In this document: positions 14,032 through 28,530 of the stretch, one piece after another
Position numbering within the stretch: position 1 is the stretch's first letter
Layout: each line of letters opens with the position of its first letter
NCBI GenBank assembly: GCA_012295275.1
Contig: CM022673.1
Span: 29,574,001-29,638,000, forward strand
DNA: 64,000 nt
Source: Chrysomallon squamiferum
Taxonomy: Eukaryota > Animalia > Mollusca
Reading direction: 5' to 3'
Made by a program: the position numbers and the translations under genes
The notes under the pieces: model-generated
Told to the model about the DNA's origin: nothing
Database searches by the model: none
The model's input: only the letters and a program-made list of their open reading frames with translations

Positions 14032-15123
14032 GTAAAGCAGGTGCAGTAAAGATAATATTACAGGACAGTCAATCAATCAATCAATCGAAGGATCTATTGC
14101 ATTCTCTGATGCATTAACTGTAGTCTTGAATCATCAGTACAATTAATCGTTTTCAAAATGACGTCGTCCTACTTTCGCTGTTACCTGTGCATTATGCAGC
14201 AAACGTAGCTGCAGTCAGGAAGCTGCGAGCATTAGACATCAGTCACAGTTTCCTCTTCCAACACTGAGCCGTAAATTGTGGCTAATTTCCTAATAATACA
14301 TTATTAAATCACTACAACGTAATACCCTGAATTAAATAAAGGCTTTCGAATAGGAAAAATGTTCACGTCACCTAGTGAACTAATGAGACAGAGTGAGAAA
14401 AGAGTAGGCTGAAGGATCAGGGGAGAGCCGTAGGTTATGGGATCCGTCCTCCGCAGAGCGCAAAAATAATTATATTAACACCACATGTTAGCTGCAAACG
14501 TCATCATCAACACCCACGCCACTAACAGCAACAATAGCAGCTACAACAGCAGTAACAAGAATAGTAACAACATCGACAACAGCAGTAAGTATTAAATAGA
14601 AGAATGGATTTTAGAAGTCAGTTGTATAATGTTGAGAAGATGTTGTTTAAAGTCTACTCTTTTCTGTAGATAATATTTTCTTCAGTCTACACTTTTCTAG
14701 AGATATAAAATATTTTGATTATTTACTCCAGTTATGTGTATATAATATTTTCTTAACTTGGACTTTTGGATTATATCCCTTTTCAGACGGTTTATCAATG
14801 GTCTCTGTTTTCCAGTTTTCGAGTAGATGCATATGTAAATATTCCTTTGCTAATAATAGAAAGCTGTCTTTCTCTCTCTCTTGTTGTCATTACCGAAGAA
14901 AAAAAAAAGAGAAAAAAAAAGGATATAACTGACGGAAAACAGTTCCTAATAATAAAATATTTTGAGGGGTCATTAATCAATAATTCGTTTATTTTTTAGG
15001 AATTGTACAGTTTAGAAGATACAATTTTCTATCTACAATATATGTTTCTGGTTATACTAAGATATCTCCATTAAAATTTTAAATTTTTTCTTACTTAAAA
15101 TAAAAATGGAAAGAATCATGCAA

Positions 15124-15188
<65 letters not shown>

Positions 15189-15286
15189 GTTTGTTATTTT
15201 TGTCTCGTTGAAATACATTTCAAAATTTATAAATTTAGTGCGTATGGGTTTAAAGGAGACAGAGAGAGAGAGAAAGACAGCCAGAG

Positions 15287-15375
<89 letters not shown>

Positions 15376-16149
15376 CATGTGAGAGAGAGAGAAAATAATT
15401 AGAAGCAAGTGAAGTGATTATATCAACACGTGCTTCTTGTAATTTAGTTTGAAAACAGCTCGTTTCTTACTGCAACAAGAACTGACAAATTACAAACATT
15501 CTGAACACTGTCATCACAACTTTATTTCATGTTACATAAAATTCACATAAAAACAAGTATTTTAAATTTGAGATTCAGTTTCTGTACCTTTCAAAAAAAC
15601 AATCATATAAATAAAGGAATAAATAAATAAATATATAAATAAAAATAAATAAATAAAATACAAATAGATATAAATTTATGATGAATTAATCAAATTAATC
15701 ATATACTTTTATATTCGTATTCATCTGGAAAATTTTACATTTGGCTTACCTAACTTAAAATTAGATTAAACTATGTTAAAGTACCTGTCATAAACGTACA
15801 TTTACAGTTTGTCATGAAACGACTACAGATTAAAAATTAATACCATTGTTACTTAGCGTGTTGCAAACGATATTATGATTGTTTATTAATTAATCATGTT
15901 GTAATTAATACGTGAATTATACCTAGTCGTCGTGTATAATATTACATAGTTTTTTTATGACGTCAGAGTAGTAAGAAGGATGACGTTGATGATGCGACTC
16001 GTGTTGATATGTGACGTTTTGTGTTCAGATTACAACGGATCTGCTCTCCAGGGAGCATGCTGTGTCCTTTTTTTGTTTTCTATTTCTTCTGAAAACACAT
16101 ATCCAGGAATCCACTTTCTGAAATTAAAACAATATATTTTTGATATAAA

Positions 16150-16570
16150 TATAATATTAATAATGATGATGATGATGATAATAATAATATTAATGATGAT
16201 GATGATGATGATAATAATAATGATGATGATGATGATGATGGGATAATGATAGTAGTAATAGTAATAATAGTAGTGGTAGTCGTTGTAGGAATAGTGTAGC
16301 AGTAATAGCAGTGGTGGTAGTAGTAGTAGTAGTAGTAATAGCAATGGTGGTAGTAGTAGTAGTAGTAGTAATGGTGGTGGTAGTAGTAGTAGTAATAATA
16401 GCAATGGTGGTAGTAGTAGCAGTAATAGCAATGGTGGTAGAAGTAGTAGTAGTAGTAATGGTGGTGGTAGTAGTAGTAATAGCAATGGTGGTAGTAGTAG
16501 TAGTAGTAACAATAATGTGATAGTAGTAGTAGTAATAGTAATGGTAGTAGTGGTACTAGTAGTAATTGTG
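16150..16570. repeat. Compound trinucleotide microsatellite (GAT/AAT/TAG/GTG)
   Basis: Directly visible. It explains the poly-M/I/V/L ORFs. Confidence 0.9.
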
Positions 16571-17053
16571 GACCTAAATATAAGGAAACTCAAAATAAAT
16601 TTTAAAAAGGGTTACATCCCTTTAAATAAAGAAAACAACAACAACAACAACAACAAAAGGATGCCTATACCACGCTTTATAAAAACCCAAATCGAAGTAT
16701 TTGCAAAGAAAAAGAAAAAATGAGTTGCTTCCCTTACATAGAAAATTAAGAAAAATATGTACTTAATTGCTGTAACAGAATTGATGGCCTTTTTGTATAA
16801 CACTTTGAAAGAAAAAAAAAAAAAAAAAAAAAATAAAAATGAAAAAAGAAGATAATAAATAAATAAATTAATAAATAAATAAATAAATAATAATATATAA
16901 TATTGTAATCTTATTATGCAGTTTGAATTCATTTGTGATGATTTACATATAGCATCCTCTTTCTACAAAACGCTAGAACCATGTAAATGTATATTTATAT
17001 ACGATTTTTGTTATAGATGTACATTAAACATTTCAAAACGATAGACATGCAGA

Positions 17054-17093
<40 letters not shown>

Positions 17094-17733
17094 CATCTCT
17101 TGTCTGCTACATTTTTAGAGTATTTCAAAAGCGTGCGATATTAAACATTATCTTGAGAATCTGCACGAATTAATTTGTTGTACTAAAATACAGTTCTTGG
17201 GATAAAACTAAACGTGTTATATTTTAGATGTTAATCAAGGATATATAACAATAATTACGCTATTTGACTGATGAACATAAATCAGTAGACATTTACATTC
17301 TAAAATTTGAATTTAATGCTGACTACTCAGTTCACGATGAATTTACAAACAGTAAACAACTAATCACACATAATTACACTGCATTGATACAAGAACTGTG
17401 TGTGTTTCTTTTCATGAGTGTTTAATTTTATTCGCTCGATGACAAATCATAGGCTACACTTCAAATAAATTTAGGAAAAAGTCCTAGTTACTACAAGGCA
17501 TTTCGTATAATCAGAGTTATTCCCCTTTATTCTCAGAATGGTTAAAATAAAAGCAAATTGTGTTTGTTTTATATGAACACTTGTCGTTTTAGTTTTAGAC
17601 TTTTGCAACAAGTCATGTCCGTGTTGTAGCGATGCACAAATTCTATATTTCTCGATATAGGCGCTTATGAAAAGTTATGTCACTTCTTTTTCTTTCTTTT
17701 TTTCTGTTGTATGAATTGTGTGTGTGATTGCGG

Positions 17734-17825
<92 letters not shown>

Positions 17826-17900
17826 TCGTCCTATTTTTAATTTATATGTAACAGAATATTTTGCGACTTTTCGCGTAATAAGAAGGCAGGTACAGATACT

Positions 17901-18012
<112 letters not shown>

Positions 18013-18557
18013 AATCTTGGTTTCAAAAAGAGATTACATTATAATAATTCACTGACACACCTCTGAGTAACTAAACATACCCTACTACAGCCACATGTAC
18101 TGACAGAAACGTAAATCAAACAAAATCGTTAACGTAAATTATTAGTGCAGGCTACATTAGTGTAATCAAATTATTAGTTAAACAAAAGAATAACAACAAA
18201 AAAAAAGAAGAAAAGAAACAACAAAAACAACAATTAAATGTAACTCAAATGAACTTAGCATGTCCTGATTTTATTTGATCTACGAGGTGTTGCAGAACCA
18301 TGACTACTGACAGAATCCTTTGTCATGATTCAGAAATGATACCACTTCCTATTTAAGGATATAAGTCTTAATATAAAGCAGTATACACACACACACACAA
18401 CACACAACACACACACAGACACAGACAGACACACACACATACACACAGAGACAGACAGACACACACACAAACACATAGACAGACAGACACATACACATAC
18501 ACACACAAATACATACATTTATGTATTTATATATATATATATGTTTTCGTTTTTGTT

Positions 18558-18622
<65 letters not shown>

Positions 18623-20240
18623 CCATAGGTTTTTAGATAAATGACATGAAAGATATTTCATGTTATTTTTCTTTACAATCTATTTTAATACAGAAAATAA
18701 TTACGGACACGCGATCGCTTTAGAAACCTTCTGGACTCATTTTTTTTTTTTTTTTTTTTTTTTTTCTTCAGTAAAGCGGGGTAATTATGTAAAGCGACTT
18801 TTAACTCAATATATTTACATTAGATTAACATAGTTATCTTATTTTTCATTGTTCGTTTGACAGAAATATTCTCTGTGTTCTGGACTCTGTTTTATTTCAA
18901 AGACGACTGTTCTCGAGTTACTTAATTACGAAGTCGACTTGACGTCGAAGTGTGATCGTTGCAGTGAATGCTGAGGTTGTAATTGAGTCGAGGGTCTGCT
19001 TGTGTCTCCAGATGTCTCTCCTTTAGAAAGCTCGGAGAAAGAGTAATGTGTAGGTGAATGATAAAAACAGATATTATTATTGTTTTTTTTCTCAGAGTGT
19101 CTGCAGAAGAATGAAATAACTAAAAATAAATGCATCGGAAAGAAAGAAACAGCGAAAACTAATCAGCTTCAGAGTTACTCATTACTGGTAAAGTATTGTT
19201 ATCCGAAAATGAAAATAAATAATAATAATTAAAAACAATAAAAAGAAATAAATGATAGAACAAAAACAAACATGTCCACAAATTAAACAAACAAACAAAC
19301 AAACAAACAAACAAACAAACAAATAAATAAATAAACAAACAAACAAACAAACAAACAAACAAACAAATAAATAAATAAACAAATAAATAAATAAATAATA
19401 AAGTATATATATATATACATTTTATATTTATAATACATTTTGTTATCAGCAAAAACGTTGTTCTAGAACAATTAAAAGTTTACAATGGAACTGTACAAAA
19501 TGTGTCAAAGGTATTTGTTATCACCGCCCAAGTATAGTTTCAAAATAGAACCATAACCAAGAGAATAGTTTCTAATTACTGATTTGTTTGTCTGAGAATG
19601 TAATGAACGGTCACTGACTTGTATTAATCTGGAAAACAGCCGACTTTAACGTGTAGAAATTTTTATTTTCATTTTTTTAATTAATTTTAATTTAGACGCA
19701 TCCCTCTCTCTCTCCCTTTCTTTCTCTCTTTGTACGTCTGTCTCTATATCTCTCTGTTCCTCTCTCGCACAACCTCAATCCCACACACACAAAAAACAAT
19801 CGACATATATATAATTCACACAAACTCACAAACTGGAATCAGCCGATGCTGTAGAACAACACACTCTATCTAATATCGCACTACATGAAGTTTTAATCTT
19901 TTTATCCTATCTCGCTCTCTAACGAAATTAATCTACTCTCCTACCTTTTAAGGTAAGAAAAGTGAGAAATTCTTCCATCAGCTTTTCTCCAACTGTTTGA
20001 TCTTCTTCTTCTTTAGACGGCTCCTCAAAGGTTTCAGCAGGAAAAGTGTCGATCCTGTTGTCTAATAATGAACGTTTGAGATGTATTCCTGCTTGGTAGA
20101 CATACGTAAATAAGATTACACAGGTCGGGAAAAGGTGAGTGTCTTTTTAGCTGCTATTATCTGATGGATGCAACAGTCAACATTTAGTAATTAGTGTTAG
20201 AGAGCAGGAGAGAATGAGAGAGACGTTGTGTTAGATGAAA

Positions 20241-20320
<80 letters not shown>

Positions 20321-20692
20321 AGAGAGAGAGATAGTGCGATTAAGTTTGTTTTATTTTTACTCACCATTCGCGATATGTCGTTTTAGTCTAATTAAATCAA
20401 CTTTACTCTGAAATAAAAATGTGTTTTACAAATACTAATGTAAAGAATACAATCGTTTCTGCGCAGTTCTTTATAATTTTATAAGACCAACGTGCATATA
20501 TATATTTTATTATCCTCTGTCGCATAATAATAATAATTATTATTATTATTGTTACTATAACTATAATAATCGTAGTAGTAGTAGTAGTTGCAGGAACAGC
20601 AGCATGAGTAGCAATAAAAATCAAATGAAATAAAACATGTTCCATTTATCGAACATAACATCCAGTTAGTACATACGTAATTTTATCAGCAT

Positions 20693-21103
20693 TGTGTTAC
20701 ACTTGTTTAAAAAGGTTACGTAACAGTGTGTTACACTTGTTTAAAAAAGGTTACGTAAAGTGTGTTACACTTGTTTAAAAATGTTACTTAACAGTGTGTT
20801 ACACTTGTTTAAAAAAGGTTACGTAACAGTGTGTTACACTTGTTTAAAAAATGTTACGTAACAGTGTTACACTTGTTTAAAAACGGTTACGTAACAGTGT
20901 GTTACACTTGTTTAAAAACGTTACTTAACAGTGTTACACTTGTTTAAAAGTGGTTACGTAACAGTGTGTTACACTTGTTTAAAAACGGTTACGTAACAGT
21001 GTGTTACACTTGTTTAAAAACGTTACTTAACAGTGTTACACTTGTTTAAAAGTGGTTACGTAACAGTGTGTTACACTTGTTTAAAAAAGGTTACGTAACA
21101 GTG
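20693..21103. repeat. Minisatellite, ~33-35-bp unit, ~12 copies, containing the palindrome GTTACGTAAC
   Basis: Unit 'gtgttacacttgtttaaaaa(a/c)ggttacgtaaca(gt)' repeated head-to-tail. Confidence 0.9.
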
Positions 21104-21391
21104 ATATACTTACGTGTTTTTGCATTGAGCGGCCTTCTGTTATTGCAGTGAGACTCAACAAGCCAAACACACAAAGAATCAGGCAGTTCATTTTAATATG
21201 TGAAGACTGAAAAACAGAACTTTCTTTTAAATGAATAAATAAAAAATAAACAAAATGAAAATAAACACAGATAATTACAATAAAATAAAGATGGGAATCG
21301 TTTAAATGAGAGTAAAAATAAATCTACAAATAAATAAATAAATAAATAAAATGAAAACCAGTACAAGTCAATAAAAAATAATAATAAAAAA

Positions 21392-21424
<33 letters not shown>

Positions 21425-23499
21425 ATAATAACAACAAAAAGAAAAAACTAAACATTTTGAAAATCACAATGAAATCTGGTATATGAATTTATTAATTCAA
21501 TATATAAAACCGCAGTCTTACATTTAAATGGAAATAAAGCAGTTGTTGTACTGCATAATCCATTTGTATAATTGTCTGTGGGATAGTGTGTCTGTTTGGA
21601 TGTTTATTGGTGCCTGAATGACTCGGACTGAGTGGGTATGTGTTTATACGTGGCTGTTTACATGCTAAATGAGTGGGTTCTTCTGTGCACGTAAATCCAG
21701 CTTATTCAGCTAACAGAAGTATCTGTGTTTATATCTTTATATATTTCATTAGTTTTCAAACCAGTCTACAAGCACGAAATGTCTTGGGTTGTTTTCTGAG
21801 AAAAGAATTAGATTAAAAAAAAAACGAAAACTTTAATATATGTAACTTCAAAGAGTCTAAGACATTCTATTTAATTATATATTTTCTTTTACACGCAAGT
21901 AATATACCTATACATCTTTGCTAAGCTTAATACAATAACAGATTTTTAATCATAGTTAAAACTGTGTTTCTAAACAAACTTCAGATATCTGAATTAAACT
22001 ATGTCAGGATATTTTCTGATATTTTCTTATTAACTGGCTTCTTCAGGTTCTTGTATTTCCAAATTCTTTTCAAGTCTTCCAGTTTTATAATACATTAAAC
22101 GAAATTCATTCATTTTCGTCCTTGTAAACTAAGTGATTCGAAACGTGCTAATTTCCAATTAATCTTTGCAAATTAGAGAAATTATTTTCGCATCACAAGT
22201 TCATTGAATGTGAGAGTTCTTAAGCTATTTAACTGAAGAGACAAAAAAACAAAAAGAAGAAGAAGCAAGAAACAAAATAGCGTGTGAAGATTATTATTCC
22301 TTCCGGAAAATATCTTTTGATTAAACGTGTTCAAACCAATTAAAACCACGTCGCCAACGGCCTGGAGACAAAGAGGCCGTCGTCGTTTATCCAAGTGACA
22401 AACGCTACGTGCTTAAGAAGTGGTGGTCGGGATCGTAACTAAATGGCGTGCGTAACGTGCGTAACTGAGTTTGAGACGAGAAGGCGGTCGCCTTCAGAAA
22501 ACACTATTCAGTGCAGTTTGACGATCTTTGCTTAATATTTGATCTCTCTTTGTCCTGTCTGTTGCAGAAGAAAAAGACTGAGGATCCGTTTAAGTTGAAG
22601 GAAGAATCGTGATCTGACACCCAGCTGGTCACAGGAACGATTCCGGTCGCATCCCACACCGGCACATTTATCAAAGCGTTTGTAACTTTCTGTCTGCGGG
22701 GAGGCGTGTATAAAAGATAATTTGTTGATAAGAGTAGCCCACGTAGTGACGTCACCGTTTTGCCTCTCCCACATCATCATTATCGTCATTTTGATCGTTT
22801 TAATCGTTATTTACAAGTGCTGAGCCGTTGTTAAATTATTCATTTATTCATCGCAGTCCAGTCTGCTTGTATGATACACATCTTTCTAATATCTACAGTT
22901 TATTCAATTATTTGCTACTGGAGTATTACAGATTGCGACTGGGAATTGCAGATGTTGTCTCTATGTAATTTCAGTTTTGAACGACACCTTACAGCTTATA
23001 TTCTTTATCAGATAATTTCATCTTTTTCACGCCTTTGTTTCCGGATTTTCTTTCAGTCTTTTAGGAACTGATAATAATTTCTTTATTTCCACTTAAACTT
23101 GACAGAGGACTGATATATTATCTCTCTTAATATATAATTTATTGAACCAGCTTTACCGTAATGAGAAAACACTGAGATAAAAATACCACTTCTGAATAAA
23201 GGAACCATTGAAATATCTTTTGTATGTGAAGAATGTGCTGTTTTGTTGTAAACATCTCTTTATCGCAATATTCGATCGAAAATGCGTGGCGTGAAATAAT
23301 ATATTGATCTTTTGTGAGTGACGCAGCTGAAATTACAAATTTTAAGAATACACTTCATAAATTTCACTTCTATATATCTATCAGCCACCCACATCTTTAG
23401 AAACACACACACACACACACGCGCAGAAGACACACACACAAACACACACAGAAGACACACATACACACACAGAAAGTGGAATATATATAGTTCATTATC

Positions 23500-23593
<94 letters not shown>

Positions 23594-25464
23594 TTATCTC
23601 ACTGTTTGCCTGTTTCTGCATCTCTCTGTCTCTGTGTCTAACGGTCTCTCTTTCATTAAAGACTTGAATAAGAATTCGGTGCATTTATTATTGGTGTAGC
23701 GGTGCCATTTGACAAGCAGCAATGAGCAAAGTTTGATTGGAATCTGTATTGCTCTCAGCCGAATTAATTGAAACATTAAACATGTATAACGTTCCCACGT
23801 GTCTCCTTTGCCTTCTTACAGGCGCTGATGATGGATTCCGATGCGATTTAGTTTGGAGTGGACAGCTGATGAAAACATCGTGCACGCAGACTACAGCAAG
23901 CAGCTGTAAACAATCATTACTGATCGTCTTGGAGAATGACAGTTAATAACAAGACTTAAACAAAGAAACAAAGAGGAAAATCAACCACAGATGGAACAAC
24001 AGAAAATTGGAATCAAACGTGAATTGTATATTATCTAATTTAAAATGCCCAATATAAGACAAACACTGACTGAAAATGCGCAGTTTGAATGTGTAAATCG
24101 TGGGATTTTTGTAAAGTCATCTCTGTACAGGATATGTCGTTCTACACAACAACAACAACTACTATAACTGTAATGACAATAAAATAATAAAACAATTTCA
24201 AGAATAACAAGAACAATAGTAACAATAACAACAGACACAGAATAGTGCTACCTTTACAGCTATCACTACTATTTCTAATAATAATAATAACAAAAAGTAT
24301 CAAGAACAAGAACAACCACAAACAAAATAACAACACCAGCAATAACTGTAATAACATCAACAACAACAACAACAATAATAATAACAATAATGATGACAAC
24401 AAGAGGAATAACAACAATAATAATAACAACAACAACAATAAACGAAATAAACAACAAACATGATAATCAACATTAAGAGAAGATTATAGAGACATGAAAA
24501 TACCTGTAAACACCTTACAAACTAACGCGTAAATTCATCAAGTTAAATCATGTTTCAGAGAGAAGTATTATTAAAAATATTAATTACCTCTAGAAACTCG
24601 AGAGCTCTCAACAGTCTTTTGAAAAATATTCTTGACCAGCTTTTGATCTGATGTTAATTTTCATACGCTGGACATACCAGTCACATTAATAATTAGTATT
24701 TCAAACATTGCAGCTTCTGTGTTGTAATATAAACTGTAATCTTTATCCTTCTTCTACACATAAATAAATTAAGCCCTCCATGATGGTCGAAAACAAGATG
24801 ATCGCCAGAAATCTTTTAAAACGACATAGAAAACGTCTTTATCGATAAATAAAAACAGTTTTGAGATTTGGGGAGCTGATGGGTTTTGTGTTATTTATTG
24901 ACATTATTCTTTTTCAACTTAATGAAACTGTTAGTTCAAATAACAGTTTAGTTAGTAATGTGATTTAGAAAAAACAAAGAGTTCGTATTGCACTGTCGCA
25001 AATCTCACTAAGAAGATTAACAGGATTATGCCCGTATGTTGCCCGTCTCATACATATTTTTTTTTTTTTTTTTATTACACTTTAGGGCAATTCCATGATA
25101 ACGGAGGCTATGTTCAGAGGTGTTGGAGGTCATTTCAACTGCTCTGGTTACTGGAGTCCAACCAGGAACTTCGCCCCGAGTCAAAGTCTCACTAAACACA
25201 AACATGTAAGTGGCGGACGTTATTTTAAAAAAGACATGGAATAAACCAGTTAACTTTGTATGGAAATTTAAATTGTAGAAATAAATGTTTGAATTTGGAG
25301 CGAAGGTGACATGGCTATAGAAAAAAAAAATCTGTTATTATTTAGCTCAAAGAGAAAACGTACAAGGAAAATATTACATAACTGACGGACGTAACCGCGA
25401 CGGATGTTAGATTTTGTCCGCTAACCTAAAACCACGTTCTGTGTGTTTGAGAAATAATACTTAT

Positions 25465-25710
25465 GTGAATATAAAGCGGTTTAATGCATGGTCAGGATCG
25501 CGAGGTGAATATAAAGCGTTTTAATGCATGGTCAGGATCGCGAGGTGAATATAAAGCGTTTTAATGCATGGTCAGGATCGCGAGGTGAATATAAAGCGGT
25601 TTAATGTATGGTCAGGATCGCGAGGTGAATATAAAGCGGTTTAATGCATGGTCAGGATCGCGAGGTGAATATAAAGCGGTTTAATGCATGGTCAGGATCG
25701 CGAGGTGAAT
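25465..25710. repeat. Minisatellite, 40-bp unit, 6 copies
   Basis: 'gtgaatataaagcg(g/t)tttaatgcatggtcaggatcgcgag' at 25465, 25505, 25545, 25585, 25625, 25665. Confidence 0.95.
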
Positions 25711-25748
25711 TTGATGACTTTTAACTAGACTCGGGGACCAGCGTCAGT

Positions 25749-27075
25749 GGTCAGACTGTGGGACACGCAGTTTCGTTCACGGCTGTCGCAAACATCTGTT
25801 TCAGTTTGAGGTCAGACTGTGGGACACGCAGTTTCGTTCACGGCTGTCGCAAACATCTGTTTCAGTTTTCAGACTGTGGGACACGCAGTTTCGTTCACGG
25901 CTGTCGCAAACATCTGTTTCAGTTTGAGGTCAGACTGTGAATTTCGTTCACGGCTGTCGCAAACATCTGTTTCAGTTTGAGGTCAGACTGTGGGGGACCA
26001 GTTTCGTTCACGGCTGTCGCAAACATCTGTTTCAGTTTGAGGTCAGACTGTGGGACACGCAGTTTCGTTCACGGCTGTCGCAAACATCTGTTTCAGTTTG
26101 AGGTCAGACTGTGGGACACGCAGGTTCGTTCACTGCTGTCGCAAACATCTGTTTCAGTTTGAGGTCAGACTGTGGGACACGCAGTTTCGTTCACGGCTGT
26201 CGCAAACATCTGTTTCAGTTTGAGGTCAGACTGTGGGACACGCAGTTTCGTTCACGGCTGTCGCAAACATCTGTTTCAGTTTGAGGTCAGACTGTGGGAC
26301 ACGCAGGTTCGTTCACGGCTGTCGCAAACATCTGTTTCAGTTTGAGGTCAGACTGTGGGACACGCAGTTTCGTTCACGGCTGTCGCAAACATCTGTTTCA
26401 GTTTGAGGTCAGACTGTGGGACACGCAGTTTCGTTCACGGCTGTCGCAAACATCTGTTTCAGTTTGAGGTCAGACTGTGGGACAGTTTCGTTCACGGCTG
26501 TCGCAAACATCTGTTTCAGTTTGAGGTCAGACTGTGGGACACGCAGGTTCGTTCACTGCTGTCGCAAACATCTGTTTCAGTTTGAGGTCAGACTGTGGGA
26601 CACGCAGTTTCGTTCACGGCTGTCGCAAACATCTGTTTCAGTTTGAGGTCAGACTGTGGGACACGCAGTTTCGTTCACGGCTGTCGCAAACATCTGTTTC
26701 AGTTTGAGGTCAGACTGTGGGACACGCAGGTTCGTTCACGGCTGTCGCAAACATCTGTTTCAGTTTGAGGTCAGACTGTGGGACACGCAGTTTCGTTCAC
26801 GGCTGTCGCAAACATCTGTTTCAGTTTGAGGTCAGACTGTGGGACACGCAGTTTCGTTCACGGCTGTCGCAAACATCTGTTTCAGTTTGAGGTCAGACTG
26901 TGGGACACGCAGTTTCGTTCACGGCTGTCGCAAACATCTGTTTCAGTTTGAGGTCAGACTGTGGGACACGCAGGTTCGTTCACTGCTGTCGCAAACATCT
27001 GTTTCAGTTTGAGGTCAGACTGTGGGACACGCAGTTTCGTTCACGGCTGTCGCAAACGTCTGTTTCAGTTTGAGG
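25749..27075. repeat. Minisatellite, 61-bp unit, ~22 copies
   Basis: 'ggtcagactgtgggacacgcagtttcgttcacggctgtcgcaaacatctgtttcagtttga' in tandem with few variants and short deletions. There are no unique spacers. Confidence 0.95.
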
Positions 27076-27174
27076 ATCTCATTTCTTTTTCTTTATCGGC
27101 TGCCTCTATCAACTCTGCACGTGCTTTTCGTCTTTTTATCTTTCAGTAGCTGTCAGTTTAACATAAAATCTGTG

Positions 27175-27240
<66 letters not shown>

Positions 27241-28414
27241 TTTAATGTCTATTAATATCGATTCAGAACAGCATGAAAAACTAAATACATATCTTTATTT
27301 TTGAAGATCTTGTCTCATAAAGTGGAATTTATATAAAATAGCTCAGGAAATAAAGAAAGAGGAAGTACTGAAGAACTGTGGGTAAAAGGTCATGTCATTA
27401 GTGAAAATACGTTTTACGTTAAGCTACTGAATGGCTGAGACAGTGGTAAAGACTTTTCTCGACTTACACGGATGTGACGAATACAACTGTTTCCTTGACG
27501 AGTTTTTTCGTATCTCTCTCAGTGTGTCCCTTCAGATCTTCTTGTCATATAAACAGTTCAGCTTAATTTGTGGCTAAACACGTGGCTTTAAATTCAGCTT
27601 TTGAATTCAGAAAATGTCTCAAACTTCCATATTCTTTAACCTGATGAGACTGAAATTTTAAACTGAGTGAAATCAAGTGCCAGTGACAGCTTGATGTGAG
27701 TTTCCCATTTTGCTGCTAATCTACATACTTATATTTATGCTGATGTCAGAATCACAAGGAACAAATAAAGTCAACCCGAATCTTTCTGCAGATTAGGAGT
27801 TTGCTGAATTAAAGTTTACCCTTTGCATTATGAAATAATTAAACAGAATTTTCCCCTCATTTTTCTTTATGCGTTACATAGTTTAAGATAAGATTGTTAA
27901 AATGTGAGTGAGTGAGTGAGAGAGTGAGTGAGTGAGTGAGTGAGTTAGTGAGTGAAAAAATGAGCTACTCAGAGTGAGCTGCTGTTACAGGCACGCTCAC
28001 TGATGAAGCCAAACATGGATGACGATGGAGCAAATGATGCTCATGTTGGCGTCCACGGAGTGTCTGGTTACCGTCAGGAAGATCGAGTCCTGAATCTGGA
28101 GTCAGTGAGTTTCCGAGTTTCGCGTCTGGCGTGCAGAGTCTGCTTACAAATGTCCTGCAGCCTTCACACAGCGCGTGTCCCAGCACGCCGAGCTGTAACA
28201 TGCAGACACAAAAACTTGTTATCGTCAAATCAGTGGTTTTTGTTTCGCATTCTGCTGCAATTATCCTGCCAGTCATCGTTATTACTCAGGTCATGTTTCA
28301 GTTTCAACCCGAGGACTGTCGTTTTTAATTAGCAGACAAAGAAGTATTCATTAGTATCAAGAGATCTAAATCTCAGATTTCTGGCGATCACTCTATTTTC
28401 CAAATGTTGTTTTT

Positions 28415-28530
28415 TTAGCAGGAAAAGGGTCTTTTATATGCTTTTTCGTACAGACAAGCTTCAACCTTACAGATTTCAGACAGGTCTTGTCGTATTCTCA
28501 GGGATGTGCTTACCACGGGCCTTTGAAGAG
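28415..28530. mobile_element. Degenerate SINE core fragment
   Basis: 'ttagcaggaaaagggtcttttatatgc...cagacaag' and 'taccacgggcctttg' are similar to the fragment at 1-110. Confidence 0.35.

Noticed and set aside
23722-23735. Partial matches to conserved miRNAs (miR-87-like TGAGCAAAGTTT here; miR-184-like near 11820)
   Set aside because: Only 11-12 nt match, the rest diverges, and no hairpin is evident.
25749-27075. CRISPR-like appearance of the 61-bp array, and its ORFs
   Set aside because: Units are contiguous with no unique spacers, there are no cas genes, and the context is eukaryotic. The ORFs are by-products of the repeat.
27965-28332. ORFs of 103-109 aa on both strands
   Set aside because: No recognisable domain or consistent exon chain. 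Kept only as a possible non-coding exon.
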